Positions 1 through 7,635 of a DNA stretch of 18,760 bases are shown here, in pieces. This stretch comes from Candidatus Nanoarchaeia archaeon. GTDB lineage: Archaea; Nanobdellota; Nanobdellia; SCGC-AAA011-G17; VGLX01. The notes beneath the pieces are model-generated. The model had not been told where the DNA came from and did not search any database. It worked only from the letters and a program-made list of their open reading frames with translations. The DNA lies in contig JAWABC010000010.1 of the NCBI GenBank assembly GCA_038884815.1, positions 1 to 18,760 of the forward strand. The letters run 5' to 3'. The number at the start of each line of letters is the position of its first letter. The stretch's first letter is position 1. Made by a program: the position numbers and the translations under genes.

Positions 1-1
1 T

Positions 2-664
2 GGTAAGGCTTTGTTCCATTCTTCTCCTGCTGAGCCTGTTAACGTTTTTGATTTCAATGACAAGTTCGCTTCTGACTTTAGGTTGAGGTCTTTGAAGCCT
101 TTTCAGCGTGTTAAGGTTATTGGTGTTGTTGAGAACCAGATAACTACTAAGGAGCTCTCGACAGAGCTTAACGTTCGTGATAACATAGTTGAGCCTGATA
201 TAGGGATTGATGTTTTGAAGATTGCCGTTGTTGAGAGGTATGGTCATAACAACATGGCGGTTGGCTTTGTTAAGGGCTTTTCTCTTTTTGATGGTGCCAT
301 AGCTTCTTCTGTTGCACATGATTCTCATAACGTTGTTGTGGTCGGAACTAATGATAATGACATTGCTTTTGCAGTTAATTATTTGAAAAAGGTAGGTGGT
401 GGCTTTGTTGTTGTTTATGAGGGTAAGGTTATTGCTGGTTTGAAGCTGCCTTTTGCTGGTTTGATGTCTGACGAGTCTGCTGAAAAAGTTGCAGAGGCGC
501 TAAATAACGTTAATAATGAAGCTAGGTTTTTGGGTTGTAAGTTAAAATCACCATTCATGACCCTTTCTTTCCTTTCTTTGCTTGTCATCCCAAAACTTAA
601 GATTTCTGATAAGGGTTTGTTTGATGTTGAGAAGTTCAACTTCACGAATATATTTATTGATTAA
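2..664 (+). CDS. ade: Adenine deaminase, C-terminal part (5' end lies left of the window)
   Basis: The frame is open to the left edge upstream of the tracked TTG at 11. Translation matches the conserved Ade C-terminus: DVLKIAVVERYGHNNMAVGFVKGF, GAIASSVAHDSHNVVVVG, GGGFVVVYEGKVIAGLKLPFAGLMSDE, SPFMTLSFLSLLVIPKLKISDKGLFDV. Confidence 0.88.
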   Translation, partial: GKALFHSSPAEPVNVFDFNDKFASDFRLRSLKPFQRVKVIGVVENQITTKELSTELNVRDNIVEPDIGIDVLKIAVVERYGHNNMAVGFVKGFSLFDGAIASSVAHDSHNVVVVGTNDNDIAFAVNYLKKVGGGFVVVYEGKVIAGLKLPFAGLMSDESAEKVAEALNNVNNEARFLGCKLKSPFMTLSFLSLLVIPKLKISDKGLFDVEKFNFTNIFID

Positions 665-947
665 GGATTGTTTTTATCCTTTTTTGGAATCCATAGTTAC
701 TCATCCCTACTGGCCTCTTGTTTTTTACGCTATCTTCCAACTCTTCTACCATACCTTTTATTTTTTCTGCCAAGTCTTTTTCTTTCCCTATGTTTGTGTG
801 TTCTAATGCTGTCTTTAACAGCATCGCATACCCCACATCGTTTATGCTTGCTCCTTTTTCTGACATTCTGCTGCTTAAATCTTTTATCTCTTCTATTTTT
901 TGTTTTAGTGTGTACTGTTTGTCCTCCAAGAATTTGTATATGTCCAT
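654..947 (-). CDS. Small charged, probably alpha-helical/coiled-coil hypothetical protein (97 aa)
   Basis: Complete ORF, rich in Lys/Glu, filling the gap between ade and the tRNA. Converges on and slightly overlaps ade. No family recognised. Confidence 0.55.
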   Translation of the reverse strand: MDIYKFLEDKQYTLKQKIEEIKDLSSRMSEKGASINDVGYAMLLKTALEHTNIGKEKDLAEKIKGMVEELEDSVKNKRPVGMSNYGFQKRIKTILNQ

Positions 948-989
948 GGCTTTTTACTTGCCTATGCTTATTTATATGTTTTATTGTGA

Positions 990-1064
990 TGGGGCTGAGA
1001 GGATTTGAACCCCTATCGCAGCGTCCCGAACGCTGAATCATAAACCAAGTTAGACTACAGCCCC
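990..1064 (-). tRNA. tRNA-Pro (anticodon CGG)
   Basis: Reverse complement GGGGCTGTAGTCTAACTTGGTTTATGATTCAGCGTTCGGGACGCTGCGATAGGGGTTCAAATCCTCTCAGCCCCA. Acceptor GGGGCTG/CAGCCCC, anticodon stem CAGCG/CGCTG with loop TTCGGGA (CGG), T-arm AGGGG TTCAAAT CCTCT, discriminator A. No encoded CCA. Confidence 0.95.
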
Positions 1065-1090
1065 TTCGTAACATTTTTATTTGTTCTCTT

Positions 1091-1099
1091 TATTTAAAT
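1091..1099 (-). promoter_or_regulatory. Probable archaeal TATA box for tRNA-Pro
   Basis: AT-rich TATTTAAAT (minus strand ATTTAAATA) centred about 30 nt upstream of the tRNA 5' end, the expected archaeal spacing. Confidence 0.5.
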
Positions 1100-1103
1100 T
1101 TTT

Positions 1104-1565
1104 ATGTTTAGCAACAAGGTTACTCAGTTTTTGGATTCTAAAGGTATAAGGTATAAGTTGGTTATGCACTCCAAGCCTGTTTTCACAGTTGAGGATGCTG
1201 CTAAAGAGAGGGGTATAATAAAAAATGAAATGGTGAAAAGCATAGTTGTTACAGATGGCAGGGATGTTTTTCTTGCTTGTGTGCCAGGAGACAAAAGGTT
1301 GGACTTGGAAAAGTTGAGGTCTTACCTTAAGTGTGGTAAGCTTAGCTTGGCTAAAGCTCCTGACGTTATCAAATTTACGGGTTATGAGGTCGGTGCTGTG
1401 ACCCCTCTTTTATTGAAGAACCCTATGAGAATAGTTTTTGATTTTGATTTGAAGTATAAAACAAACTTGAGTGTTAGCTCAGGAAGTCATAATGCTGGTA
1501 TAATCCTTTTTGGAAGTGATTTGATTAATATTGTAAACCCCGAGTTTGCCATGATTTCTTGCTAA
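1104..1565 (+). CDS. YbaK/EbsC-family (aminoacyl-tRNA deacylase-like) protein
   Basis: 153 aa. N-terminal FLDSKGIRYKLVMHSKPVFTVEDAAKERGI, EMVKSIVVTDGRDVFLACVPGDKRLDLEKLR and GYEVGAVTPLLLKNP match the YbaK fold pattern. Confidence 0.88.
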   Translation: MFSNKVTQFLDSKGIRYKLVMHSKPVFTVEDAAKERGIIKNEMVKSIVVTDGRDVFLACVPGDKRLDLEKLRSYLKCGKLSLAKAPDVIKFTGYEVGAVTPLLLKNPMRIVFDFDLKYKTNLSVSSGSHNAGIILFGSDLINIVNPEFAMISC

Positions 1566-2494
1566 TAGTTCTTGAAGAATTGGAAGGTTTCTTCCATTCC
1601 TTTTTCAAAATTGTAATTTGGTTGCCAGCCAAGTATTTTTTTTGCTTTTTCTATACCTGCTAAAGTGTTCCTAGGTTCTATGACGGGAGGTCCATGTATT
1701 GGTTGTATGTTTTTATTTGCAGTTTTTAAAATTATTTTGGTCACTTCATTTACAGAAAATCTTTTTCCCGAACCTACGTTAAAAACTTCTCCAAAGGCTT
1801 GCTTGTTTTTTGTTTTTGCTGCAAGCATTAGCGCATCAACAACATCCTTTACATAAACGAAGTCTCTTGTCTGTTCTCCATCTCCGTTTATTGTTGGTCT
1901 TGTGTCCTTGTTTATGAGGTGTATGAATCTTGGTATCAAGCATGCGTAACCGCCTGATGGGTCTTGTCTTGGTCCAAAAATGTTGAAGCCTCTCATGCTA
2001 ATGGTTTCCATACCATAAAGCTGGTGATAAAGTTTGCAATACAACTCACCTACCAATTTGTGTAATGCGTATGGTGACATCGGATTAGGTTCCATATCCT
2101 CTGTGTAAGGCATTTTTTCTTGGTCTCCATACACAGATGAGCTCGACATGAATATGAATCTTTTTACATTATTTTTTCTGCTCATTTCAAGCAGGTTTGC
2201 CGTTCCGTCAACGTTTGTCTTGTGTGCTTCATCTGGATGGTCTATGGAATATTGTACTCTGGGCAAGGCTGCAAGGTGGAAGACAACATCAATACCCTTG
2301 AAAAGGTCACTCAAATCTTCACATATGTCCCTTTTGTAAATTTTTACATTTTTGTTATTTTTCAAATGCTGTACATTCTCTTCTTTTCCATATGAGAAAT
2401 TGTCTATTACTATAACTTCATACCCTCCTTTTAGGGCTCCGTCTACAACGTGGCTTCCTATGAACCCTGCTCCTCCTGTTATCATAACCTTCAT
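1562..2494 (-). CDS. NAD-dependent epimerase/dehydratase (extended SDR), UDP-glucose/UDP-GlcNAc 4-epimerase-like
   Basis: 310 aa. N-terminal MITGGAGFIGSHVV Rossmann motif (GGxGFIG), HLAALPRV, SSSSVYG, catalytic YALHK (YxxxK), RGFNIFGPRQDPSG, and TRDFVYVKDVVDA. Confidence 0.9.
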   Translation of the reverse strand: MKVMITGGAGFIGSHVVDGALKGGYEVIVIDNFSYGKEENVQHLKNNKNVKIYKRDICEDLSDLFKGIDVVFHLAALPRVQYSIDHPDEAHKTNVDGTANLLEMSRKNNVKRFIFMSSSSVYGDQEKMPYTEDMEPNPMSPYALHKLVGELYCKLYHQLYGMETISMRGFNIFGPRQDPSGGYACLIPRFIHLINKDTRPTINGDGEQTRDFVYVKDVVDALMLAAKTKNKQAFGEVFNVGSGKRFSVNEVTKIILKTANKNIQPIHGPPVIEPRNTLAGIEKAKKILGWQPNYNFEKGMEETFQFFKNY

Positions 2495-2574
2495 ACCCTC
2501 CTTGAGTTTAGAAAAATTAATAAATGTAACGTATTTCTGCTAAAACATTAAAAAAAATTTAGGGGGTGATTTTT

Positions 2575-4119
2575 TTGAAACGTTTTGTTTTCTTATTTTT
2601 TGTTGTGCTGTTTTCTGTTTTTGTTTTTGCGGAATGCGTTGATGAAGATAATGATGGCTACGGTGCTGTTGGTACTGACATATCAACCTGTCCTGCTAGC
2701 CAAATGTACTATGATTGTGATGACACAAACTCTGGAGTGTACCCCTGGACTGATGTGGGTGCTTGCGGTATGTGTGACGGCTTACTTGGTATGGTGATTC
2801 CTAAGCCTGGTTATTATTGTCCACCTACGATTTGTTCGCCTGCTAGTGGTTGTGGTGTTGGCAATTGTGGCCCTAACGTGTTTGGTGTGATGCCTAGTGA
2901 GATGTTCAATTATTGTTTGATGGACGGCAGCTGTAGCGCTTTTGAGTGCCAGGCAACTTGCGAGCCAGATGAGGATATGGACAGTTATTCTACAAGCTGT
3001 GGCGACTGTGACGATACAAACGCACAAAGTTACCCTTGGCAAATCTTTGATGTTTGTGCAATGTGCGACCCGTTTGTAGGTGTGATAATACCGCCATTCT
3101 ACCCATGCCCTAACACGATCTGCCCAGAAAGCGGTTGTGGTGTTGGTGATTGTGGGGCTCACATTTTTGGTATTTACCCAGAGACAGTTCCAAACTATTG
3201 TTTAGAACCTTATGTATGCAGTGAGAACACTTGTAAATTGACATGTGAGTCTGATGGGGATGGTGACGGTTACTCAGTAAGTTGTGGCGATTGCAATGAT
3301 GAGGATGCCACAATATACGCAGGTGCAGTAGAGCTTTGTGATGGTAAGGATAATGATTGTGATAATGTAATACCTGAAGGGGAAGTTGACAGTGATGGTG
3401 ACAGTGTTTTTGTATGTGCTGGTGACTGTAATGATGCGGAATCCACAATTTATCCTGGTGCGATAGAGCTTTGTGATGGTAAGGATAATGATTGTGATGG
3501 CATCACACCTTCAGATGAGACTGATTCTGATGGTGATGGGTTTGCCTTGTGTGCTGGTGATTGTGACGATGCTGACTCAGCTATTAATTCTGGTGCAGAA
3601 GAAATATGTGATAACAAGGATAACAACTGTAATGATTTGGTAGATGAAATAGACGATGATAGTGATGGAGTTTATGATTGCACAGATGACAAGTGTTTGG
3701 GAAGTGTTCCTTGGTTTGCTCAAAATTTGAAACCTAACCATTATGATAGCAGTAACTGGCCTGCCTCAGTCCTAAATTATGGCTGTACCTGTGATCAGGT
3801 GCTTTATTGTAAGCCAGGTGGTGATGAGGGTGAGCTAAAGTTTGGTTGTACAATTGGTACAGTGAATGTTTGGACTCAGCAGATTGGTTGGAGTTTGGAT
3901 TGCCAGCAGGATGAGAAAGTTGCAATGGAAGGTGAGTCAAAAGATTTATTTGAGAATACGGACAATGATCTCTTGTTAGACTTAGTTGATGGCGACAAAG
4001 ATAACGATGGCATACCCAATAGCGAGGACTCGGAGTCAGAATCAAAACCTGTTGAGGAAGGCAAAAGTGGTAAGGGCAGCCCTGACTGGTGGTGTAATAA
4101 ACACCCGGGTAAGTGCTGA
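2575..4119 (+). CDS. Secreted Cys/Asp-rich protein with MopE-type putative metal-binding repeats
   Basis: SD GGGGGTGAT (2562-2570) is followed at short spacing by TTG 2575, giving signal peptide MKRFVFLFFVVLFSVFVFA before ECVDEDNDGYG. Three tandem repeats of the type DGDGY..CGDCND..A.IYPGA.ELCDGKDNDCD, plus a C-terminal DNDLLLDLVDGDKDNDGIPNSEDSE thrombospondin-3-like acidic segment. The ORF track starts at an upstream GTG (2566) inside the SD. Confidence 0.85.
   Translation: MKRFVFLFFVVLFSVFVFAECVDEDNDGYGAVGTDISTCPASQMYYDCDDTNSGVYPWTDVGACGMCDGLLGMVIPKPGYYCPPTICSPASGCGVGNCGPNVFGVMPSEMFNYCLMDGSCSAFECQATCEPDEDMDSYSTSCGDCDDTNAQSYPWQIFDVCAMCDPFVGVIIPPFYPCPNTICPESGCGVGDCGAHIFGIYPETVPNYCLEPYVCSENTCKLTCESDGDGDGYSVSCGDCNDEDATIYAGAVELCDGKDNDCDNVIPEGEVDSDGDSVFVCAGDCNDAESTIYPGAIELCDGKDNDCDGITPSDETDSDGDGFALCAGDCDDADSAINSGAEEICDNKDNNCNDLVDEIDDDSDGVYDCTDDKCLGSVPWFAQNLKPNHYDSSNWPASVLNYGCTCDQVLYCKPGGDEGELKFGCTIGTVNVWTQQIGWSLDCQQDEKVAMEGESKDLFENTDNDLLLDLVDGDKDNDGIPNSEDSESESKPVEEGKSGKGSPDWWCNKHPGKC
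3250..3654 (+). repeat. Tandem MopE-type repeats, period about 45 aa (135 nt)
   Basis: Protein units ELCDGKDNDCDNVIPEGEVDSDGDSVFVCAGDCNDAESTIYPGA / ELCDGKDNDCDGITPSDETDSDGDGFALCAGDCDDADSAINSGA / EICDNKDNNCND. The 33 nt gagctttgtgatggtaaggataatgattgtgat recur exactly at 3331-3363 and 3466-3498. Confidence 0.85.
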
Positions 4120-4213
4120 TTAATTTTTTTATTTTATTTTTCTTTAATCCTACAACCGATAGCTTTTTATACCCCTCCAATAAACCCATGTGTGGGGTGT
4201 TCTTGTTTAAAAA

Positions 4214-4516
4214 ATGATCCGTGTTGAAGACATTATAGTGAAGGATAAGAAAGAGCTTGATGTTGACATAGCCCACCTCGTTAATGTGGGGCATCATGCT
4301 TTTAAGGGCAGAAGGGAGATTCATGCTAAAGGCTTTATGAATGAAGGCAAGAATAATGCTATTTCTCAGATAATAAAACTTGCTGAAAGGCTTGAAGCAA
4401 ATCTTGCTGTTATTGAAAAAGAGCATTTTCATAAGAAAGGAATTTATAAGGCCATCGTTGGTTTCTACAAGAATTTATATGATGTTAACAAGGTTGAAAT
4501 CGGTAATTCTTATTGA
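4214..4516 (+). CDS. Hypothetical protein (100 aa)
   Basis: Complete ORF with an in-frame TAA just upstream of its ATG and a GGGGTG SD-like element about 14 nt upstream. MIRVEDIIVKDKKELDVDIAHLVNVGHHAFKGRREIH..., family not recognised. Confidence 0.55.
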   Translation: MIRVEDIIVKDKKELDVDIAHLVNVGHHAFKGRREIHAKGFMNEGKNNAISQIIKLAERLEANLAVIEKEHFHKKGIYKAIVGFYKNLYDVNKVEIGNSY

Positions 4517-4699
4517 GGTTTTTCTTTATCAACTCTTATAATAATCGTTTTTGATATTTTTATTACAATTTCATAACAAAAATTACGGGAGTACTTTAAA
4601 TAAGTGGTAACACACAAACATTTATTATGTTTTTTGCAGTTCTTTAATGATAACAAAAATCGGGGTATTGCATATAATATCTTGATAGGGGGTTTTATC

Positions 4700-5323
4700 G
4701 TGAAGAGAATTAATGTGCTTGTTGTTGGTGCACACCCAGATGATATAGAAATTGGCTGCGCCGGAACTATTTCAAAACACCTGTCATTGGGGGATAAGGT
4801 TTATGCTATGGTTATGACGAACGGAGAAAAGGGGAATCATAGTCCAGGAAAAAGGGAATGTTTAAAATCATTGGAAGTTCTTGGCATAAAAGACAACGTA
4901 ATCTTTGGCAACTTTGATGATGGCTTCTTAAGAGATGACCATAAGACTGTCAGTTTTATTGAAAAATACATAAATGAATTGAACATAACAAGAGTTTACA
5001 CACATTCCCCTAACGATAGACATCAAGACCATAGGCATTGTAGCTTCGCAGTTTCTTCTGCAGCAAGGAAACGGCCTGAAATACTTCTTTTCCAAGGCCC
5101 TTCAACAACTAATTTTGAACCACATTATTTTATTGAGATATCAAAGAAGGACCTTGAAAAAAAGCTGGCTGCAATAAAATGTTATGAAACCCAGATTAGG
5201 AAAGGCACCGTGAAACCTGAGCTTATTAAAAGCATAGCTATGATACACGGTTCCACTTGTAACAAGAAGTATGCAGAGGCTTTTGCTATTAACCATTTAT
5301 TCAGGGAGGGATTATATGTATGA
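4700..5323 (+). CDS. PIG-L/LmbE-family zinc-dependent N-deacetylase
   Basis: From GTG 4700 with upstream GGGGG: MKRINVLVVGAHPDDIEIGCAGTISKHLSLGDKVY. Contains AHPDD metal motif, TNGEKG, and THSPNDRHQDHRH. The ORF-track extension to 4604 precedes the SD and lacks family similarity. Confidence 0.9.
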   Translation: MKRINVLVVGAHPDDIEIGCAGTISKHLSLGDKVYAMVMTNGEKGNHSPGKRECLKSLEVLGIKDNVIFGNFDDGFLRDDHKTVSFIEKYINELNITRVYTHSPNDRHQDHRHCSFAVSSAARKRPEILLFQGPSTTNFEPHYFIEISKKDLEKKLAAIKCYETQIRKGTVKPELIKSIAMIHGSTCNKKYAEAFAINHLFREGLYV

Positions 5324-6053
5324 AAGGGTCATGGCTGCTCACCAGCCTAACTTTATACCTTACCTAGGATTTTTTGATAAGATGCAGAATTCTGACATCT
5401 TTGTTATTAGGGATGAGGTTCTTTTTGTAGAGCGCGACTTTCACCATAGGAACAGGATAAGGATTAACGGCAATGACAACAATAACAACCCTCAATTTAA
5501 ATGGTTGACTGTCCCAGTTCGTCAGGTTGAGGATTACATAAAACACCAAACAATTAAGAGGGAAACAAAACAGAAGAACAGACCTTGGAATGTTCTTATG
5601 TTGCATGACATAAAGGTTAATTATGAAAGGTCGCCTTACTTCAAGCAATACTTCCCCCTAATTGAGGGCATCTTTGACAATTCTGATGAGAAGTTGATTA
5701 CCTTAAATATGAAGATTATAAATTTTTTGAGGGAAGCTTTCGGAATTAAAACAGAAGTGATTATGGCAACTGACCTCGGATTAAAACCTGAGCATTACGA
5801 GAAGTCTGATGCCTCAGAAGATTTGGTCGCTATATGCAAAGCTGTCAAAGCCAATGTTTACCTATCAGGTGCGGGAGGTAAAAACTATTTGAACCTCGAA
5901 CCTTTCAAGAGAGAGGGCATTGAGGTAAGGTTTCAAGATTACAAGCACCCCGTTTACCCCCAGCAATACCCTGGTTTCCTTCCTTACATGGGTGCGATAG
6001 ATGCTTTGTTTTGTGTTGGTAAAATTCCAAAATCCCCAGACGGAGAAAATTAA
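5316..6053 (+). CDS. WbqC-family protein
   Basis: MAAHQPNFIPYLGFFDKMQNSDIFVIRDEVLFVERDFHHRNRI....WLTVPV matches the WbqC N-terminal pattern (QPxfxPYlGyFdki..aDvFV..D.vqf....hRN+i). Start ATG 5316 overlaps the end of the PIG-L gene; ATG 5331 is an alternative. Confidence 0.83.
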   Translation: MYERVMAAHQPNFIPYLGFFDKMQNSDIFVIRDEVLFVERDFHHRNRIRINGNDNNNNPQFKWLTVPVRQVEDYIKHQTIKRETKQKNRPWNVLMLHDIKVNYERSPYFKQYFPLIEGIFDNSDEKLITLNMKIINFLREAFGIKTEVIMATDLGLKPEHYEKSDASEDLVAICKAVKANVYLSGAGGKNYLNLEPFKREGIEVRFQDYKHPVYPQQYPGFLPYMGAIDALFCVGKIPKSPDGEN

Positions 6054-7592
6054 ATGGCATTAGAAATTAATTTAGAAAAAATAACTAAGGATAATCTACA
6101 TAGGATCCTGCCTGAACTTATCAGGCTTGAGAATAATTGGGTGGGTATTGGAGATGCTCCTTGGGCCCCTGAGAATTTTGAAAGGGAACTTCCTAAAAAG
6201 TGGGAGATGAGCAGGTACGCATCTGTTTTTGGTACCATAGTTGGTTATAACATAGCTTCTATAGATGGTAACGTTGGAAGACTAAATAAGATTGTTGTGG
6301 CATCTGATTTTAGGAACAAAGGTATAGGTGACATGCTATGGAAAGAATTTCTTGAGGATTGCAGGCGCAATAAAGTTGAGCGTGCTGAATTTAAAGTTTT
6401 GCCAGATAACGAATCTGCTATAAGCTTTTACAAGAAGCGTGGCTGTTTGTTTTATGGTGATGCCATCGGCACTGACAAGAAGATTCGCCACACAGTCATG
6501 TATCCTTTTCGACTTAAGGAGAGGGTTCCCCATTCCAAGCCAACAATTTCTTCTGATGACAAGGAGGCTGTGATTAGGGCGATAGAGCATGGTGACTTGG
6601 CAACTGGTAGGATGGTTAATTACTTTATAGATGCTTTCACTGAGTATATAGGTAAAGAGTTTGGGGTTGCAACAAACAGCGGAAGTGCTGCACTCCATCT
6701 TGCGCTAAGGGCGTTGGATGTCAAGTCTGGTGATGAAGTCATTCTTCCTTCTTATGTTTGTAATGCTGTTTTGAACGCTGTTAGTTACTGTAATGCAAAT
6801 CCCGTGCTTGTTGACATAAACCCTGATGATTACAACATATCTCTTGAAGATGCCGTTGCGAAGAAGAGCGACAAAACAAAGGCTATAATTTTACCCCATA
6901 TGTTCGGTAAGCCCATAAAAAACCTTGATGATTTTTTGAAATCTTTTGAAGGTACACCCATAATTGAGGACTGCGCTCTCTCAGTAGGTGCTTCTTATAA
7001 TGGAAAAAAGGTAGGGAGCTTTGGTCGTTTATCAATATTTTCGTTACGTGCCACTAAGATGCTTGCTGCTGGTTTGGGTGGTGTTGTCCTTACAGATGAT
7101 AAAGACTTAAAAAAAAGGTTGGATGATCTTGCCACTTATGATAACAGGGTTCTGGGTGGAGAAAGTTATAACTATCAGATGTGTGATTTTAATGCTGCTC
7201 TTGCTATGAGTCAACTGAGAAGGCTTGACAGCTTCGTAAATGCAAGGAGGAACGTTGCAAAAAAATACACTGAGATGTTCCAGAATTCCAAGGTTGATTT
7301 TGAATTTCCTGAATTTGATGAAGACAACATATTTTTTAGGTATATAATAAGGCATCCTAATAGTGAGGAGTTTATGGAAAATGTTAAGAGTCGTGGCGTT
7401 GATGTTGCGAGGCCTGTTTTCCTCCCTTTACATAAGTATTTAAACCTTCCAGACGATAATTTTCCTAATACCACAAAAGCTTACCAAACTGCAGTTTCAA
7501 TTCCAATATATCCTTTGATGGACCCGCTTATCGATAACAGGACAGTTTTTAACGTTGCAGGTATACTTGTAAATTGGAGATATGAGAAATAA
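6054..7592 (+). CDS. Fusion: N-terminal GNAT acetyltransferase + C-terminal DegT/DnrJ/EryC1/StrS PLP-dependent sugar aminotransferase
   Basis: Residues about 1-155: GNAT-like LNKIVVASDFRNKGIGDMLWKEF (RxxGxG motif) and NESAISFYKKRGC. Residues about 157-512: VPHSKPTISSDD...LATGRMVNYFIDAFTEYIGKEFGVATNSGSAALHLAL, EVILPSYVCNAV, IIEDCALSVGASYNGKKVGSFG, and FSLRATK with the expected PLP lysine near nt 7057. Confidence 0.9.
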   Translation: MALEINLEKITKDNLHRILPELIRLENNWVGIGDAPWAPENFERELPKKWEMSRYASVFGTIVGYNIASIDGNVGRLNKIVVASDFRNKGIGDMLWKEFLEDCRRNKVERAEFKVLPDNESAISFYKKRGCLFYGDAIGTDKKIRHTVMYPFRLKERVPHSKPTISSDDKEAVIRAIEHGDLATGRMVNYFIDAFTEYIGKEFGVATNSGSAALHLALRALDVKSGDEVILPSYVCNAVLNAVSYCNANPVLVDINPDDYNISLEDAVAKKSDKTKAIILPHMFGKPIKNLDDFLKSFEGTPIIEDCALSVGASYNGKKVGSFGRLSIFSLRATKMLAAGLGGVVLTDDKDLKKRLDDLATYDNRVLGGESYNYQMCDFNAALAMSQLRRLDSFVNARRNVAKKYTEMFQNSKVDFEFPEFDEDNIFFRYIIRHPNSEEFMENVKSRGVDVARPVFLPLHKYLNLPDDNFPNTTKAYQTAVSIPIYPLMDPLIDNRTVFNVAGILVNWRYEK

Positions 7593-7635
7593 AGTATACC
7601 TCAATAAAAAAAGTTGGTAAAATGGAGGTGCCCAA

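Noticed and set aside
668-1036. Plus-strand 122-aa hydrophobic ORF (and 718..1008)
   Set aside because: Runs antisense through the 97-aa minus-strand ORF and into the tRNA-Pro gene; ends with GFEPLSQRPER, the familiar false translation of a tRNA T-arm region.
730-1074. Minus-strand 114-aa ORF covering the tRNA
   Set aside because: Translates the tRNA itself (CGSNPLSP pattern) and conflicts with the 97-aa ORF.
2782-3448. Minus-strand ORFs 2782..3162 and 3110..3448
   Set aside because: Antisense to the well-supported MopE-like gene. Their His/Thr/Cys-biased low-complexity translations arise from the repetitive GAT/TGT-rich coding strand.
3734-4432. Minus-strand 232-aa ORF
   Set aside because: Overlaps the 3' end of the MopE-like CDS and most of the 4214 ORF. 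Composition looks like antisense translation, with no SD or domain signature.
4604-4699. N-terminal extension of the PIG-L ORF (VTHKHLLCFLQFFNDNKNRGIAYNILIGGFI)
   Set aside because: Lies upstream of the GGGGG SD and GTG 4700; PIG-L proteins start directly with the strand before AHPDD.
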